A DNA stretch of 62,125 nt from a virus (lineage: Duplodnaviria; Caudoviricetes): IMG/VR virus record IMGVR_UViG_3300023174_000172, positions 1 through 62,125 of that record. The stretch is one strand, 5' to 3'. Shown piece after piece: positions 18,743 to 30,779 of the stretch. The position numbers and the translations under genes were made by a program. Under the pieces are notes generated by a model. That model made no database searches. It saw nothing but the letters and a program-made list of their open reading frames with translations, and was not told where the DNA came from. How positions within the stretch are numbered: position 1 is the first letter of the stretch; the number at the start of each line of letters is the position of its first letter.

Positions 18743-21700
18743 ATGAGTAGAATAATTACAAATTTAACATTTTCAGATGTTTTAAACTATAATTCAGCGG
18801 AATTTGTAACAAACACCGATATAGGAAATGTAATAGAAAATTATAATAGAATCAATAATATTGGTAACTATGCTTATTTTTGGGGGTCGACAAAAAAATT
18901 TGTAACAATTACTTCAATAGATTCAGATCCAAACGTATTAGGATCTTTTAGATCATACACATATGGTTATTCTTATGGTGGTAATGATTGGATAGTCAGA
19001 AAAAACAATACAACAAATACATGGACTCTTATTGCTTACATGTATGGCGGAACTAAACAAAACGAAAATATAGCATTTAGTAATACAACATTAAATTCAT
19101 TGGTATGGGGGGATTGTTTTACTTTTAATTGGGAAAATGTTTTATTAGAAGATGAATTATATAAAATAAATTCAAATATAATTTTAGTGCCACAAAGAAC
19201 ATGTGTCAGTGGCACATTAACTCCCACACCAACCTCTACTAATACACCAACACCCACTCCAACAAGAACACTCATTAGTACCCCCACCACAACCCCCACC
19301 AATACTCCTACAAGAACATCTACACCCACAATAGCACCAACTGCTACTAATACACCAACACCCACACCAACAAGAACACCCACTAATACCCCAACACCGA
19401 CTAATACATCTACTCCAACACCTACACCAACGTTTAATTTTAATTTGTCTGTAAATAAAATTTCTGGGTTTGAAAAGGCAACAGAGTTTAAATTTAATAT
19501 TAGCCCAAATTATTTAAGCAGAATACAAAATATTAAATGGATATTTGATGATGGGACTACACAAGATCAATTATTGGAAGTAAATCATAAATATTCTTTT
19601 AGCGGAACATACAATCCAACCGTATTAGTTTTTACAGAAACCGAGATATTATCAGCATCGGTAGAAATAAATGTTTCTCATTATACAAATGAAGTATTAT
19701 ATTTTGATCAAGTTCCTCCATCAACATGGTCAGGCTATTATTCTCCAAAATACCCATTCAGAATTCATATAGCTTCTAAAGATATGGGACCGCATTACAT
19801 AGATTTGGCAGCAATGTATTCAAATTCCAAAAGATATCAAGAAAATCCCTCAAAATGGGGATTTTTAAAACCAGAATGGAGGTTTCTAGATTTAGATGGA
19901 AATGTCATACAAAGTATAAAAACCGAAGATACATTAATACGAATAGATGATGATGGAAACTTAGATCCTAATGGTATAGTTGTCGGTGTAACCGGAAAAG
20001 CAGAATTTTTCTTTGTTGATGATTTATATAATTTTAATAATTTTTTAAATAAAACTCCTATTACTACAATTATTGCAACTCTTCAAACTAGTGCGATATC
20101 CGTAAAATCTGACTACGAGTTAACCAATGCCGTAGTACCCGGTTACGCGAACAGTCTAGCATATGACTGCATACCATATATATCTTTTTTACCGATACCC
20201 GACAGTTTAAAATTAACCGAAAACGCTGTTAACGATTTTACTAACCCAAAATGGATCGATGCTAACATTCCTATATTTATAAATATAGAAGATAAAAAAG
20301 ATTATTTTGATTTTTGTTTAGATTCCGAATATCAATTAACAAATGTACCAAATAAAACATATTTTAATAAAAATTATCCCATAGAAAAACCAGAAGATCC
20401 TTTATTTGTTAATATCAATAATAAAACATTAACATTTACACCGTCTTCTTTAAATTTTCATATTAAAGATGCTGATGATTTTTACGATGCTGGTTATTAT
20501 CGAGGATTTTTTAAAATTGATACCGAAGAAGATTTTACATCAACAATAGCAGCTACTTCACAAATCACATTACCATCAAATTTTAAAGTTTTTTATAATA
20601 ACCCTTATATATGGGTATCTAATCCAACTGCCGGAACCATATCGAAACTTGTATACACCGGAGAACTAAGCCCATGTAAAAAATCTACAAATTTTTTACA
20701 AATACAAACATACGAAGTACCTATATTAAAAGATGAAAATTTAGATGTTACTCCTAATATGTATCTTTCGGGATTTCATGGTGTTGATTATTTTGCAATA
20801 TTACCCTTTCCGTATTGTCAATCATGGGTTTTAGATTCAGAATTAAATAGTATTTATGCTATTTCTAACACAGATGGTAAAATTTTAAAAACAATTGATG
20901 TTAATAAAATAGTAAAAGACCAAGATCTTGGGTTTTTGATAGATTTTCAAACTACACCATCTTCTATTGTTTTAAACAGCAAAAAAGATTTTTGGGTAAC
21001 TTTATACGACACTGTTTCTACATTAAAATTCGATAAATATGGTAACTATTTGTTTGCGATTCATCCATTAAATTTTACGGGTTATGAAAATTTACCATCA
21101 AATTATTTATTTAAACTTAGACAGGCATTTAGCGGTTTACCTGATCAAAATTTAATAGAACCAACAGTTGTTGATGTTGATATAGAAGATAATATTTGGA
21201 TAACATATTCAAATCCATTGAGTAGTTTCATTATTAAATACGATACAGATGGAAATTTATTAAAATGTATTGATTTTCCGGCTTTTTCATCACCACAGGA
21301 AATTATTTGCGATTCTACTGGAAATTTTTGGGTTAAAGGCGTTGAAACAAGAAGCGGTGATTTTAATAATAGTCTTTCCGCGACATTTATAGAAAAAAGA
21401 AATTCTGATGGAGTATTGCTTAGTTCATATAGAAATCTTCATAATGTCACCCATCTAACATTAGATCAATATCAAAATTTATGGTATTTACACGATTTTA
21501 ATGGACTGGGAAAAATTGAAAACATTAATGGAAATAACACTAGAATTTGGTTAAATTACGATTATCAAAACTTAGAATATCCTTATAATGCAAAAGAATG
21601 GCACGATGCATCAAGAAAAAACGCAGATTATACAATATTTGACGGTATAGCCGTAGATATTAGAGATTATGTATATGTTTTGAATTCTTTGGAAAATTAT

Positions 21701-22732
21701 ATATACGTTTATGATGCTATAACAACAAATTTTATAATTAAATTACCAGTACCTTTAAGAAAAGGTGTTAATTTTTGGATTAACGACAAAGGAGAAGTAG
21801 TAACAGATAAAACACCGATTAGTTTTTCCTTAAAAGCGAATGGAGATTTTACCGGATTTAAATGGTTAAATAAATATGTAAATAAACATGTTGATTATCT
21901 ATTTGATAGACCAATATATGATCTATCGGCTATATATATCGAAGGCGAAAGCAAATCTTTAAATTTTTATAAAAATAATCCTTACGATTTTTATAAAATT
22001 AAAGAAAAATTTAATCTTTCTAACTATATAAAAGATAGCGCAAACATGCCTGTTATAAAAGAAAGCGATTTTTTATTTGATACGTTTTTTAAAACAATTT
22101 TTGGAGAAGAACACCGTAACGATTTAGGAGTTTTAGCATACGAAAAAATTTCTAATTTTAATTTAAATCATTCTGATATAGATACCTGCAACATAGAACA
22201 ATTATATAATTTATCACAATTATTAGGAATTGAAAACGATAATTATCGATTAAATTTTACAAACGATGTTAAAAGAATATTAGACATAGCCAGTATTAAT
22301 GAATCATATTTATGGGGAAATCAAACCGAAAATGAAATTGATATTTATAAATTATTAAATGAAAAAAATCCAGTTAATAGTTTAACATTTCAAGTTACTG
22401 CTGGTGTTCCCATGATATTAAAAACAAAAATATCCAAAAAATATGAAATTGTTTTTACCGGACCATTAAGCGGTGATAATATATATAGTTTAGAAACATT
22501 AGCAAACTATATTGGTCTAAATCAATATAACTGGCAGGTAGATTATGATTTTTATTTAGGAGATATATGGAAAGATAAAGAATATAGGAATAACATAATA
22601 GATTGGAACAATAATAAAACAACAATTTCTCCTAATTTATCAGATTCTTATATAGATTGGAGTAAAAATGAAGGTATAGTGGAAACTTTATTATCATATG
22701 AGATATATAAAGGATTGGATTTTTTCAATTAA
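18743..22732 (+). CDS. Large structural protein: PT linker, PKD-like domain, beta-propeller
   Basis: WIFDDG..HKY...GTY PKD motif; repeated D..DNIW/GNFW blades; follows gp6. Confidence 0.7.
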   Translation: MSRIITNLTFSDVLNYNSAEFVTNTDIGNVIENYNRINNIGNYAYFWGSTKKFVTITSIDSDPNVLGSFRSYTYGYSYGGNDWIVRKNNTTNTWTLIAYMYGGTKQNENIAFSNTTLNSLVWGDCFTFNWENVLLEDELYKINSNIILVPQRTCVSGTLTPTPTSTNTPTPTPTRTLISTPTTTPTNTPTRTSTPTIAPTATNTPTPTPTRTPTNTPTPTNTSTPTPTPTFNFNLSVNKISGFEKATEFKFNISPNYLSRIQNIKWIFDDGTTQDQLLEVNHKYSFSGTYNPTVLVFTETEILSASVEINVSHYTNEVLYFDQVPPSTWSGYYSPKYPFRIHIASKDMGPHYIDLAAMYSNSKRYQENPSKWGFLKPEWRFLDLDGNVIQSIKTEDTLIRIDDDGNLDPNGIVVGVTGKAEFFFVDDLYNFNNFLNKTPITTIIATLQTSAISVKSDYELTNAVVPGYANSLAYDCIPYISFLPIPDSLKLTENAVNDFTNPKWIDANIPIFINIEDKKDYFDFCLDSEYQLTNVPNKTYFNKNYPIEKPEDPLFVNINNKTLTFTPSSLNFHIKDADDFYDAGYYRGFFKIDTEEDFTSTIAATSQITLPSNFKVFYNNPYIWVSNPTAGTISKLVYTGELSPCKKSTNFLQIQTYEVPILKDENLDVTPNMYLSGFHGVDYFAILPFPYCQSWVLDSELNSIYAISNTDGKILKTIDVNKIVKDQDLGFLIDFQTTPSSIVLNSKKDFWVTLYDTVSTLKFDKYGNYLFAIHPLNFTGYENLPSNYLFKLRQAFSGLPDQNLIEPTVVDVDIEDNIWITYSNPLSSFIIKYDTDGNLLKCIDFPAFSSPQEIICDSTGNFWVKGVETRSGDFNNSLSATFIEKRNSDGVLLSSYRNLHNVTHLTLDQYQNLWYLHDFNGLGKIENINGNNTRIWLNYDYQNLEYPYNAKEWHDASRKNADYTIFDGIAVDIRDYVYVLNSLENYIYVYDAITTNFIIKLPVPLRKGVNFWINDKGEVVTDKTPISFSLKANGDFTGFKWLNKYVNKHVDYLFDRPIYDLSAIYIEGESKSLNFYKNNPYDFYKIKEKFNLSNYIKDSANMPVIKESDFLFDTFFKTIFGEEHRNDLGVLAYEKISNFNLNHSDIDTCNIEQLYNLSQLLGIENDNYRLNFTNDVKRILDIASINESYLWGNQTENEIDIYKLLNEKNPVNSLTFQVTAGVPMILKTKISKKYEIVFTGPLSGDNIYSLETLANYIGLNQYNWQVDYDFYLGDIWKDKEYRNNIIDWNNNKTTISPNLSDSYIDWSKNEGIVETLLSYEIYKGLDFFN
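19214..19432 (+). repeat. Thr/Pro mucin-like coding repeat 2
   Basis: [17 protein letters not shown] tract of about 70 aa. Confidence 0.9.
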
Positions 22733-22761
22733 AAACTTAAATAGTTACCTAAATATTTAAA

Positions 22762-25700
22762 ATGCAATTTGAGTACAATAAAAGTTTTAATTTTACGGAA
22801 ATAGGTAATTGGCCGAATGAAAAATATAATTTTTCTCCTATTTCTGAAAATATAGAACCAATATCAAAACCAATTTATTTATATTTTCCGGTTTTTGGAA
22901 ATCCATCAGTAGATTATGGAATATATTCAAAAAATCCATTAATAGACTATGAGTATGGCAGCATATATAAAGATCATCAGCCATTTAAAAATAAAATTAC
23001 ATTAAATTTATTTTCAAATACAGTACCATTAAGTTTTTACTATACTCCTATACATAGAGAACTATATCCATATTCAATTTTTAATGTTTTCGGCATAGAT
23101 TCTGATGAAACAACAAAAGGATTTTTTTTAAACCCTAAAACACTTTTTTTTAAACCCGTTTATACCGAAAAATCTGATATAGGATGGCGAATATCTCTTA
23201 CAACAATACTTTTAGGAACAAATCCTATATATTTTCATTCTAATGAATTTATAGCAGATGCTTTAAAAATTTATAAATTAGATAGAGAAAAATATGATCT
23301 AAAAACCGAAACAGAAATCCCAAAAAATTTAATTTTTAAATATGATGTTAAAGGATGTGAAAAATATTTTAATAAAGGTATAATAAATTTTACAGATACA
23401 TTTAATCCAAGTTCATATCAAATTACTTTAGAAGAAACTGGTACACACATTAAACCTAATAGCATTTATATAACAAATAAACACTATTTGATTGAAAATA
23501 ATGCAAATATAGGAGAAATATCATATTATAATAACGAAGATAATGATTTTTTCAATTATAACGGAACAAATTATAATTTTAATAATGACAACGATTATCA
23601 AAAATACGAATTATTTAAAAATCCTTTAGATTCTGATGATATTTGGTTGAGTTTAAAATTAAGTCCGTCTACCACATATTTAGAATACGATTGTAACCTA
23701 GAAAAAGTTAAGGGTGTAGTAGATACGTCATTAGGTATAAAATATATAGCAGATTCCGATAAAATTAAAAATACCAATGAAAATGTAGAAGATACTATAT
23801 TAATATTTGAAGATAATGGAAATATACAAGATATAAATCAAGAATTTTCAAGTGAAAATTCTGGAAATATTTTACTAGATTTAAAATATCCACCACATTA
23901 TTATAATATAAATTTAAAATACAAAGCATACACGGATTTTTATAATTTAAGCGGTATTTTAACATTCGAAGACAATGACACCGATACACTATTACAGAAA
24001 ATTTTTGATTATTTTGATTCTCCTATATTTATAGATGATCGATATTCTAAATTTGCGTATAGTTTAATAGCAATAGACGATTCTTTTTATAAATCTACTG
24101 GAGTTTTGTTAAGTTCTATAAGTTCATATAGTAATTATAATATTAATAATATTACAAATCTAACAGCATATTCTTTAGAAGAATTAAAAACAAATTTAAC
24201 ATCAATATGCTCAATTTTTGACAATATATTATACACAGAAATTGATAATGATATATATAAAACAAAAGGAATCAAATTAAGCGGTATTCCGGTTTTTTCG
24301 GGGTATAATTATATTACCGGATCAACCCTAGAAGAATTATCAGCTAATATTTTAAATTTTGGAATTCCGGTATATGTAATAACAAATACTACAAATTCAT
24401 CAGATTTATATAAATCTTCGGGTACATATAATACATCTGTAAATTATTATAATGATACGTTTGTAAACGAAGTATCCTCATATGAAACTGTTTCATATTT
24501 ATTAAATACTATTTTAGTAACAGCTACAGAAATACCACAATTGACAAGTTTGATATATAATTTAGGCGAACCTTATATAAATTATGCCGAAATAACAAAC
24601 TCAATATATCATCAAAATGAATATGTATCCACTGGTATAGTATTAAGCGGAGACTGGGTTTGTATAGATACCCAAACTGCTACAGGTTCGAATTATTACG
24701 AATTAACCGCAAGTGCCGATTCTTTTGGCGGCATATACTCATTATATTCTACGATAACAAGTAAAATAAATTTTTTAAATGATTTTAAAACTACTGGTGC
24801 ATATTTTGACGGAATTGTTTATAAAAACCAATTAAGTTCATTTGAATTTCAAGAAGCAACACCAACAACTTATTATAATTCTATAAGTACATACGATTTA
24901 AGAGTAAATGCTATTTTTAATGTTTCGGTAAGTTCATATGACGAAACATTGATACAAGACACGTATCTATATAATACAATAAGTGTTTATAATATAGATA
25001 GTAAAATTTATGAAAATTTTGTAGAAGGTTATAGTTTTAATTACGATTTAACATCTAAAGTGATCGATTATTCGACGGATTTTGTTAAAATTTCAACATA
25101 TTTATTTTCAGATTATCATTTATCGATGTTAGATTTAGAAACATACGGTATTTTTGATTATATTAAATATGAATTTTTAGATGTATCGAATACATTAAAA
25201 CCTTTTTTATCATGCTATTACAGCGAAGAAAAAATTCCATATAATATATATGATCTAGATTGGGTTTCGGCTACTAGTGGATGTGTTTTATATATTGAAT
25301 ACCCCAATACTACCTTTGGCGAAGTTTCTTTTAACATAGTTCCAAAATTATCAACACAAAACGGTATTCTAGATTCATATTTTAAAACAAAAATAACTCT
25401 AGCCAAAAATTTAACGAACAATGATTTATATGGGTCTAATAAATTAATATTAAACAAAAAAAATGAAAAATCTAATTTAATAGAAATCGAATTAGTAGAT
25501 TTATACGATGATTTAACCGGAAATAATACGTCATGGACATTTGAACCGGATATAAAAAACGTTGTAATGTATGTTAAAAATCCAGAAACCGACGAAATAC
25601 AATATATACAAAAAAATGAATCTATAGTATACAATAAAAACTATACATCAATCGTTTATCTATCGGGTTATACAAATAACGAATTAAAAATTATAGCTTA

Positions 25701-27420
25701 TTCAGAAAAGTATAATAAAACAGTAGATTTAAATACAAATTTAGAATTATTTGATATATATGAAGATAGTCAACCGATAATATATCCAATAATACCATTA
25801 GATAATTTAAATAAAATAAGAACTATTGATTTAGCGGTTTATTTACAAACCCAAGAAACATTGAATGAATTTTCCGATGAATTTTCGATGTATTGGCTTT
25901 GGGAATATGGCGATCTGACCGATTCTACTATACAACCGATAACAGCTATAAAAAATGATGGCAGACTATATTCTTCAGGTGAAACCGAAACAATACAAAG
26001 TATAAGTGCTTTAAGGTTTTTTATAAATCCCAATCAAAATTATAGTTCTATAGAAAATACAATAAAAATAAAGGCATATATTTTAAATGAAAAAAAATAC
26101 TTTACTCCAGAGTATACCTTTACCGTCGATGATTATCCAATAGATAGTTTATACTCATTAAACATAGAATCTTATTATGATAACTATCCTGATGTACCTA
26201 TACATAATACAACAATTTCACCTTTTTTTACAAGACCTTTAAACGATTTTTCGGTTTATAGATTTAGTATTGATTCTTCCGAAACATCAATATTTAAATT
26301 TTTAGATAATTATGAAAATATAACATGGGAATTTTATGATAATTTGGGATTCTATCAAAAAATAACAGGAGTAGACACGGTAGATCATTACGAAATTTAT
26401 AATTCTTTAGATTGGAATTTAAATTTTGTAAAATTAAAAATAGAAAATCTTAAATTACCAAATTGGAATACACCTCACACTTTTACAAAAATTTTAACTA
26501 TAAAATCATTAACAGAAACCGAGTTTTATAATCCATTAAAGGTAATATTCTATCCTGAATTTTATTGGCCTACTCATAGTTCTAATATTGTTTTTTCAAA
26601 TGAAGATAATTTTATTTATGCTTTAACACCTTCAACCTACGAAAATAAAAAATCAGAAACTTATAGCTTTTATGTTAGTGCTGATAAAAATTTTAACACT
26701 TATGAATATTCTACGGGAGATGTTTTAAACACTCCAACCGGAAAAATTGTATTACCAGAATCAAATCAAATAAAATCTTATAACGGAATATCTATATCGG
26801 TTAGTGCTTTTGATGATATATATTTCCCAAAACAAAACGGAATAGTTTATAAAATAGCAACAGAAACTGAATTATTAGATTATTATATGGATAATTTGGT
26901 ATTCACTACATTACCATTTGAATCTGAAGTAGATTTTTATATAGATAATTTTACAAAATCTCCTAAGATATTGCCATTTGACACTTTCAATTTTACATTT
27001 TCTTCAATTTTTAGTTCTGTAAATATTAAAGATAATAGAATATTAATAGTCGATCAATTTATACTACCAAATTATAAAAATAGTCCGATTAAAATTGTAG
27101 ATGATAATAGTACAGTAGTATACACGCTCTCAACGATATATTGGGTAGCTACAAAAGAAATAGAAGCTAAAACCGGAAGATATAATATATTTGAATTAAA
27201 TTTAGGAAATCCATTAGAAATTTTAACAATATCTAATAAAAGTATAGAAACTTTATATCTTACCGCAGAAGCTAGATTGAAAAAAACTATACCATATGAA
27301 ACTTTTGAGAATTATCCATCATACGAAGATAAAGAATTATGGAAAATTGTTGATGAAACATTAGAAGCTAAAGAATTAGATTATGCCTTTATAGCGGATA
27401 TTTTAGGTAATATAGAATAA
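22762..27420 (+). CDS. Very large acidic hypothetical structural protein (1552 aa)
   Basis: Long ORF in baseplate cluster, TAAATA at 22750-22755; recurrent Y.S/TGI.LSG motif mid-protein. Confidence 0.65.
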   Translation: MQFEYNKSFNFTEIGNWPNEKYNFSPISENIEPISKPIYLYFPVFGNPSVDYGIYSKNPLIDYEYGSIYKDHQPFKNKITLNLFSNTVPLSFYYTPIHRELYPYSIFNVFGIDSDETTKGFFLNPKTLFFKPVYTEKSDIGWRISLTTILLGTNPIYFHSNEFIADALKIYKLDREKYDLKTETEIPKNLIFKYDVKGCEKYFNKGIINFTDTFNPSSYQITLEETGTHIKPNSIYITNKHYLIENNANIGEISYYNNEDNDFFNYNGTNYNFNNDNDYQKYELFKNPLDSDDIWLSLKLSPSTTYLEYDCNLEKVKGVVDTSLGIKYIADSDKIKNTNENVEDTILIFEDNGNIQDINQEFSSENSGNILLDLKYPPHYYNINLKYKAYTDFYNLSGILTFEDNDTDTLLQKIFDYFDSPIFIDDRYSKFAYSLIAIDDSFYKSTGVLLSSISSYSNYNINNITNLTAYSLEELKTNLTSICSIFDNILYTEIDNDIYKTKGIKLSGIPVFSGYNYITGSTLEELSANILNFGIPVYVITNTTNSSDLYKSSGTYNTSVNYYNDTFVNEVSSYETVSYLLNTILVTATEIPQLTSLIYNLGEPYINYAEITNSIYHQNEYVSTGIVLSGDWVCIDTQTATGSNYYELTASADSFGGIYSLYSTITSKINFLNDFKTTGAYFDGIVYKNQLSSFEFQEATPTTYYNSISTYDLRVNAIFNVSVSSYDETLIQDTYLYNTISVYNIDSKIYENFVEGYSFNYDLTSKVIDYSTDFVKISTYLFSDYHLSMLDLETYGIFDYIKYEFLDVSNTLKPFLSCYYSEEKIPYNIYDLDWVSATSGCVLYIEYPNTTFGEVSFNIVPKLSTQNGILDSYFKTKITLAKNLTNNDLYGSNKLILNKKNEKSNLIEIELVDLYDDLTGNNTSWTFEPDIKNVVMYVKNPETDEIQYIQKNESIVYNKNYTSIVYLSGYTNNELKIIAYSEKYNKTVDLNTNLELFDIYEDSQPIIYPIIPLDNLNKIRTIDLAVYLQTQETLNEFSDEFSMYWLWEYGDLTDSTIQPITAIKNDGRLYSSGETETIQSISALRFFINPNQNYSSIENTIKIKAYILNEKKYFTPEYTFTVDDYPIDSLYSLNIESYYDNYPDVPIHNTTISPFFTRPLNDFSVYRFSIDSSETSIFKFLDNYENITWEFYDNLGFYQKITGVDTVDHYEIYNSLDWNLNFVKLKIENLKLPNWNTPHTFTKILTIKSLTETEFYNPLKVIFYPEFYWPTHSSNIVFSNEDNFIYALTPSTYENKKSETYSFYVSADKNFNTYEYSTGDVLNTPTGKIVLPESNQIKSYNGISISVSAFDDIYFPKQNGIVYKIATETELLDYYMDNLVFTTLPFESEVDFYIDNFTKSPKILPFDTFNFTFSSIFSSVNIKDNRILIVDQFILPNYKNSPIKIVDDNSTVVYTLSTIYWVATKEIEAKTGRYNIFELNLGNPLEILTISNKSIETLYLTAEARLKKTIPYETFENYPSYEDKELWKIVDETLEAKELDYAFIADILGNIE

Positions 27421-27432
27421 TATATATCCGCA

Positions 27433-27440
27433 TATAAATA
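27433..27440 (+). promoter_or_regulatory. T4-like late promoter
   Basis: Exact TATAAATA 6 nt before ATG 27447. Confidence 0.7.
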
Positions 27441-27446
27441 GTTATT

Positions 27447-30400
27447 ATGGCAAATGGTTATATCCAAGAAATTAAAACGTATGGTGTATCAGATGAATTA
27501 GAGATTTTCATATCCTCTTATTTTAAAAAGATAGACGAATACATTTTTTTTGAATTTGGGTATGTTGATAATGATTTTAATGATAATCTAAAAACTATTT
27601 TTTTAGATTTTGGCGATGATATAACTCAAACTGTTGATATCGACGAACGAATTTATCATAAATACGAAAATGCAGGAACATATACTATAACCTACAGCGC
27701 ATTATATGAAAGTGGAAAAACTACCGATCTATTATATTTAAACAAACCCATTCAAATTTTTACAGAATGGCCGTCATATAATCAAGACGATATCCGTTTA
27801 TTGGACGAAACTGAATTAAAATTACCTTATACCCTAGATCAAATAGAAATTCAACCAAATGAATTCGGAAATGTTGATATTTTTAATACAGCTATATCAA
27901 GATTATTTGATAATTTACAATATTTAATTTATAATTCTAGGACACTTAAAATAGATTTTCCTTATGATGTATACGGCTGGCTCGGTACACATCCGATAGA
28001 AAAAACAGTCGGGGTTCAATGGCACACACAAAATTTTAATTCGGACTATTATAATATACAGGATTCGCTTACAAATTTAAGTTTTTCTATAAATAATAGA
28101 AGTTTATTTCAAAATAACCAATTTAAATTAAATCATTTTTATAATATTAAAGACGTTATAGAAAAAAAAGAAGATTTAATAGTTTTAGATGGTAATACAT
28201 TATTTTATTTGTCAGCCGGAAAAATACCAACACCTATAAATTTTGTAAATAGCACCGAATTTTATACAGATTTTAAAAATATAGTTTCTATAGATATAGA
28301 TGATACCGGAAAATATATTTTTGCCGCTGATGACGTTACGAATAGGGTATATAAAATATATCTAGATATTTCTAAAGGGTTATCTTATATTTATAATGTT
28401 ATAGATGTTGGAGGATTTGGTTATAAAAATGACATTTCTAAATTCGACTCACCATCACAATTAAAATATTATAATAAAAATGTTTTTGTTTTAGATTATA
28501 ATAATAAATGTATTAAAAAATACAATGAATATTTGGTTTGGATTAAAACATACACATATGGGTTTTTAGACACTGTAGATTGGTTGAGTTTTGATATACA
28601 TCCAACAACAGGATTGATATATCTAATAACATCGGATAATAAAATTTATGTTTTAGACGAAACTTTTTATGATTTTGTTTACAGTATAGATTTATCTAAC
28701 ATATTAGAATATGGTGATAAAAAGCTAGTTTTTGACGAAGGCGGTGAGTTTTTTTATATTTTAGTCGCAAATAAAATTGTTTATAAATTTACAGCAACAG
28801 GTATATTTTTAAATTCTTTTGAAAATGATTATATTTTTACAAATATTAAAAAATCCGAAAATAGATCTTTGTTTTTAACATCTAATAATTTTATTTTAAA
28901 ATTTACTGATATTGTAAAATATTATGGAATAGGCGAAGGATTACAAAAATCATATTGGTCAAAAAATGAATTATTGTTGGAATCTGATGAATTTGCATCA
29001 GAATTAAATTATAATAGATCATTATTAAGAATATGTCAAAATATCAAAAAATTTAGAGATTATCTGGATTCTAAATTTATAATAGCAACAGAATTTTCGA
29101 GAGGAAATTTAATAACATTTTATACAAAACAACCGATATCAATAAATGATAGACCGCAATTTGAAATAGATATAGAACTTGAAAAAATTAAAATTGGTTC
29201 TAATGAATTGCATATACCTCAAACATTTAATAGAGAATTAAAAAAACTTTATAATGCATTAGACACTATAAATAATTTTTTAAGCATAAAAACCGAAGAT
29301 GTTGTTAGAATACAAAGAGAAACTTGCGATAGTCCTTTTTGTTGGTCATGGAAAGCAATGTCTTCTTACAATTTAACTCTTCCGGCTATTAAAGTTTGTA
29401 ATATAAACCCAATAACATATAAAGAATTAAAATCAAATTTTCCGGTTGCATATGCTCCAACAAAAAACTGGAATTCTGCTACATCTAAATGTTGTCAAGG
29501 AAAAGCAGATAATATTAATGCTGTAATTTCTGAAAATACTATAATAGTTCCAGCCCCAACATTTTTACCAACAATTAGACCAACAAATACACCTACACCT
29601 ACACCTACAGTTACTCCTACATTTACACCAAGCCCAACACCAACATTCACCCTAACACCAACATCAACTCCTACAGGAACACCAACAAACACACCTACAA
29701 TTACACCAACACCAACTCCTACAAAAACTCCCACCCCTACAGGAACACCAACTCCCACAGGAACACCAACAAACACACCAACAAACACACCAACAAACAC
29801 ACCTACTAGAACACCTACTAGAACACCTACTAGAACTCCAACCAATACACCAACTAGTACACCGTTACCACCCACATCTACTCCTACACCAACGTCAACA
29901 TTGACCCGAACACCAGTCCCAACCGAAACACCAACACCAACACCTACACCTACTAATACACTAACACCAACACCAACAAACACACCGACCAATACTCCAA
30001 CACGTACTCCAACACCAACACCTACTAATACACCGATACCAAGAGTTTCTTTTCAATCTGATTACAGTAATAATGCTACGTTTGTGGTTCCTGCTGGGTG
30101 TAATTCTATCAATGCTTTAATAATTGCTGGCGGCGGTGGCGGCGGAACAGGGCAAGAAGTTGGAGATGGCGGTGGCGGTGGCGGCGGAGGATCTGGCGGT
30201 TATACTAATGTGACCATTTCCGTAACACCCGGTCAAAGTATTGGCGTAATAGTTGGTTCTGGTGGAGCTGGAGGTCAAACGTCAGGAAGAGGAAGTAAAC
30301 ATAATGGAGATACTGGTGGATTTTCTCAAGTCGGTGGATCAAGAGTTAACGGAGGATTTGGTGGACAGGCTGGAAATAGTGGAAACGGTGGCTCTGGCGG

Positions 30401-30665
30401 CAACGGCGGAAGTCCCAATGGAGGATCAGGGTCAAGAGGAAGCAGTGGAAGTAAAGATACCTCTAGCGGCAACGGCGGCAACGGCGGTGGAAACCCATAC
30501 GGATCAGGCGGCGGCGGTGGAAACAAAGGAACTGGCAGCAACGGTAACGGTCATGGCGGCGGTGGAGGTGGAGCAGGTTTCAATGATCGATCCAAACCAC
30601 TTGGTTGGTCTGGTGGAAACGGCGCAAAAGGTTTTGTTAGAATAACCGGATCAAAATATAGATAA
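27447..30665 (+). CDS. Structural protein: PKD-like, NHL-type propeller, long PT stalk, C-terminal glycine-rich domain
   Basis: DFGD..HKY...GTY, FDSP..LDYNN, ~160-aa PT tract, [28 protein letters not shown]. Confidence 0.75.
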   Translation: MANGYIQEIKTYGVSDELEIFISSYFKKIDEYIFFEFGYVDNDFNDNLKTIFLDFGDDITQTVDIDERIYHKYENAGTYTITYSALYESGKTTDLLYLNKPIQIFTEWPSYNQDDIRLLDETELKLPYTLDQIEIQPNEFGNVDIFNTAISRLFDNLQYLIYNSRTLKIDFPYDVYGWLGTHPIEKTVGVQWHTQNFNSDYYNIQDSLTNLSFSINNRSLFQNNQFKLNHFYNIKDVIEKKEDLIVLDGNTLFYLSAGKIPTPINFVNSTEFYTDFKNIVSIDIDDTGKYIFAADDVTNRVYKIYLDISKGLSYIYNVIDVGGFGYKNDISKFDSPSQLKYYNKNVFVLDYNNKCIKKYNEYLVWIKTYTYGFLDTVDWLSFDIHPTTGLIYLITSDNKIYVLDETFYDFVYSIDLSNILEYGDKKLVFDEGGEFFYILVANKIVYKFTATGIFLNSFENDYIFTNIKKSENRSLFLTSNNFILKFTDIVKYYGIGEGLQKSYWSKNELLLESDEFASELNYNRSLLRICQNIKKFRDYLDSKFIIATEFSRGNLITFYTKQPISINDRPQFEIDIELEKIKIGSNELHIPQTFNRELKKLYNALDTINNFLSIKTEDVVRIQRETCDSPFCWSWKAMSSYNLTLPAIKVCNINPITYKELKSNFPVAYAPTKNWNSATSKCCQGKADNINAVISENTIIVPAPTFLPTIRPTNTPTPTPTVTPTFTPSPTPTFTLTPTSTPTGTPTNTPTITPTPTPTKTPTPTGTPTPTGTPTNTPTNTPTNTPTRTPTRTPTRTPTNTPTSTPLPPTSTPTPTSTLTRTPVPTETPTPTPTPTNTLTPTPTNTPTNTPTRTPTPTPTNTPIPRVSFQSDYSNNATFVVPAGCNSINALIIAGGGGGGTGQEVGDGGGGGGGGSGGYTNVTISVTPGQSIGVIVGSGGAGGQTSGRGSKHNGDTGGFSQVGGSRVNGGFGGQAGNSGNGGSGGNGGSPNGGSGSRGSSGSKDTSSGNGGNGGGNPYGSGGGGGNKGTGSNGNGHGGGGGGAGFNDRSKPLGWSGGNGAKGFVRITGSKYR
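29550..30041 (+). repeat. Thr/Pro mucin-like coding repeat 3
   Basis: Long tract including tandem acaccaacaaac and agaacacctact 12-mers. Confidence 0.92.
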
Positions 30666-30779
30666 AAGCAAAAAAAATAGTAATTACATTAAAATAAAAA
30701 TAAGTATTTTCGTTCAATAATAGTATTCACGTTTTATAATATAACGGAGAACACATTTTTTGATGAGACTTGAGAACAT

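Noticed and set aside
30666-30779. Structured RNA leader upstream of the fibre gene
   Set aside because: Only a weak AT-rich hairpin (CGTT...AACG); no recognisable riboswitch or tRNA.
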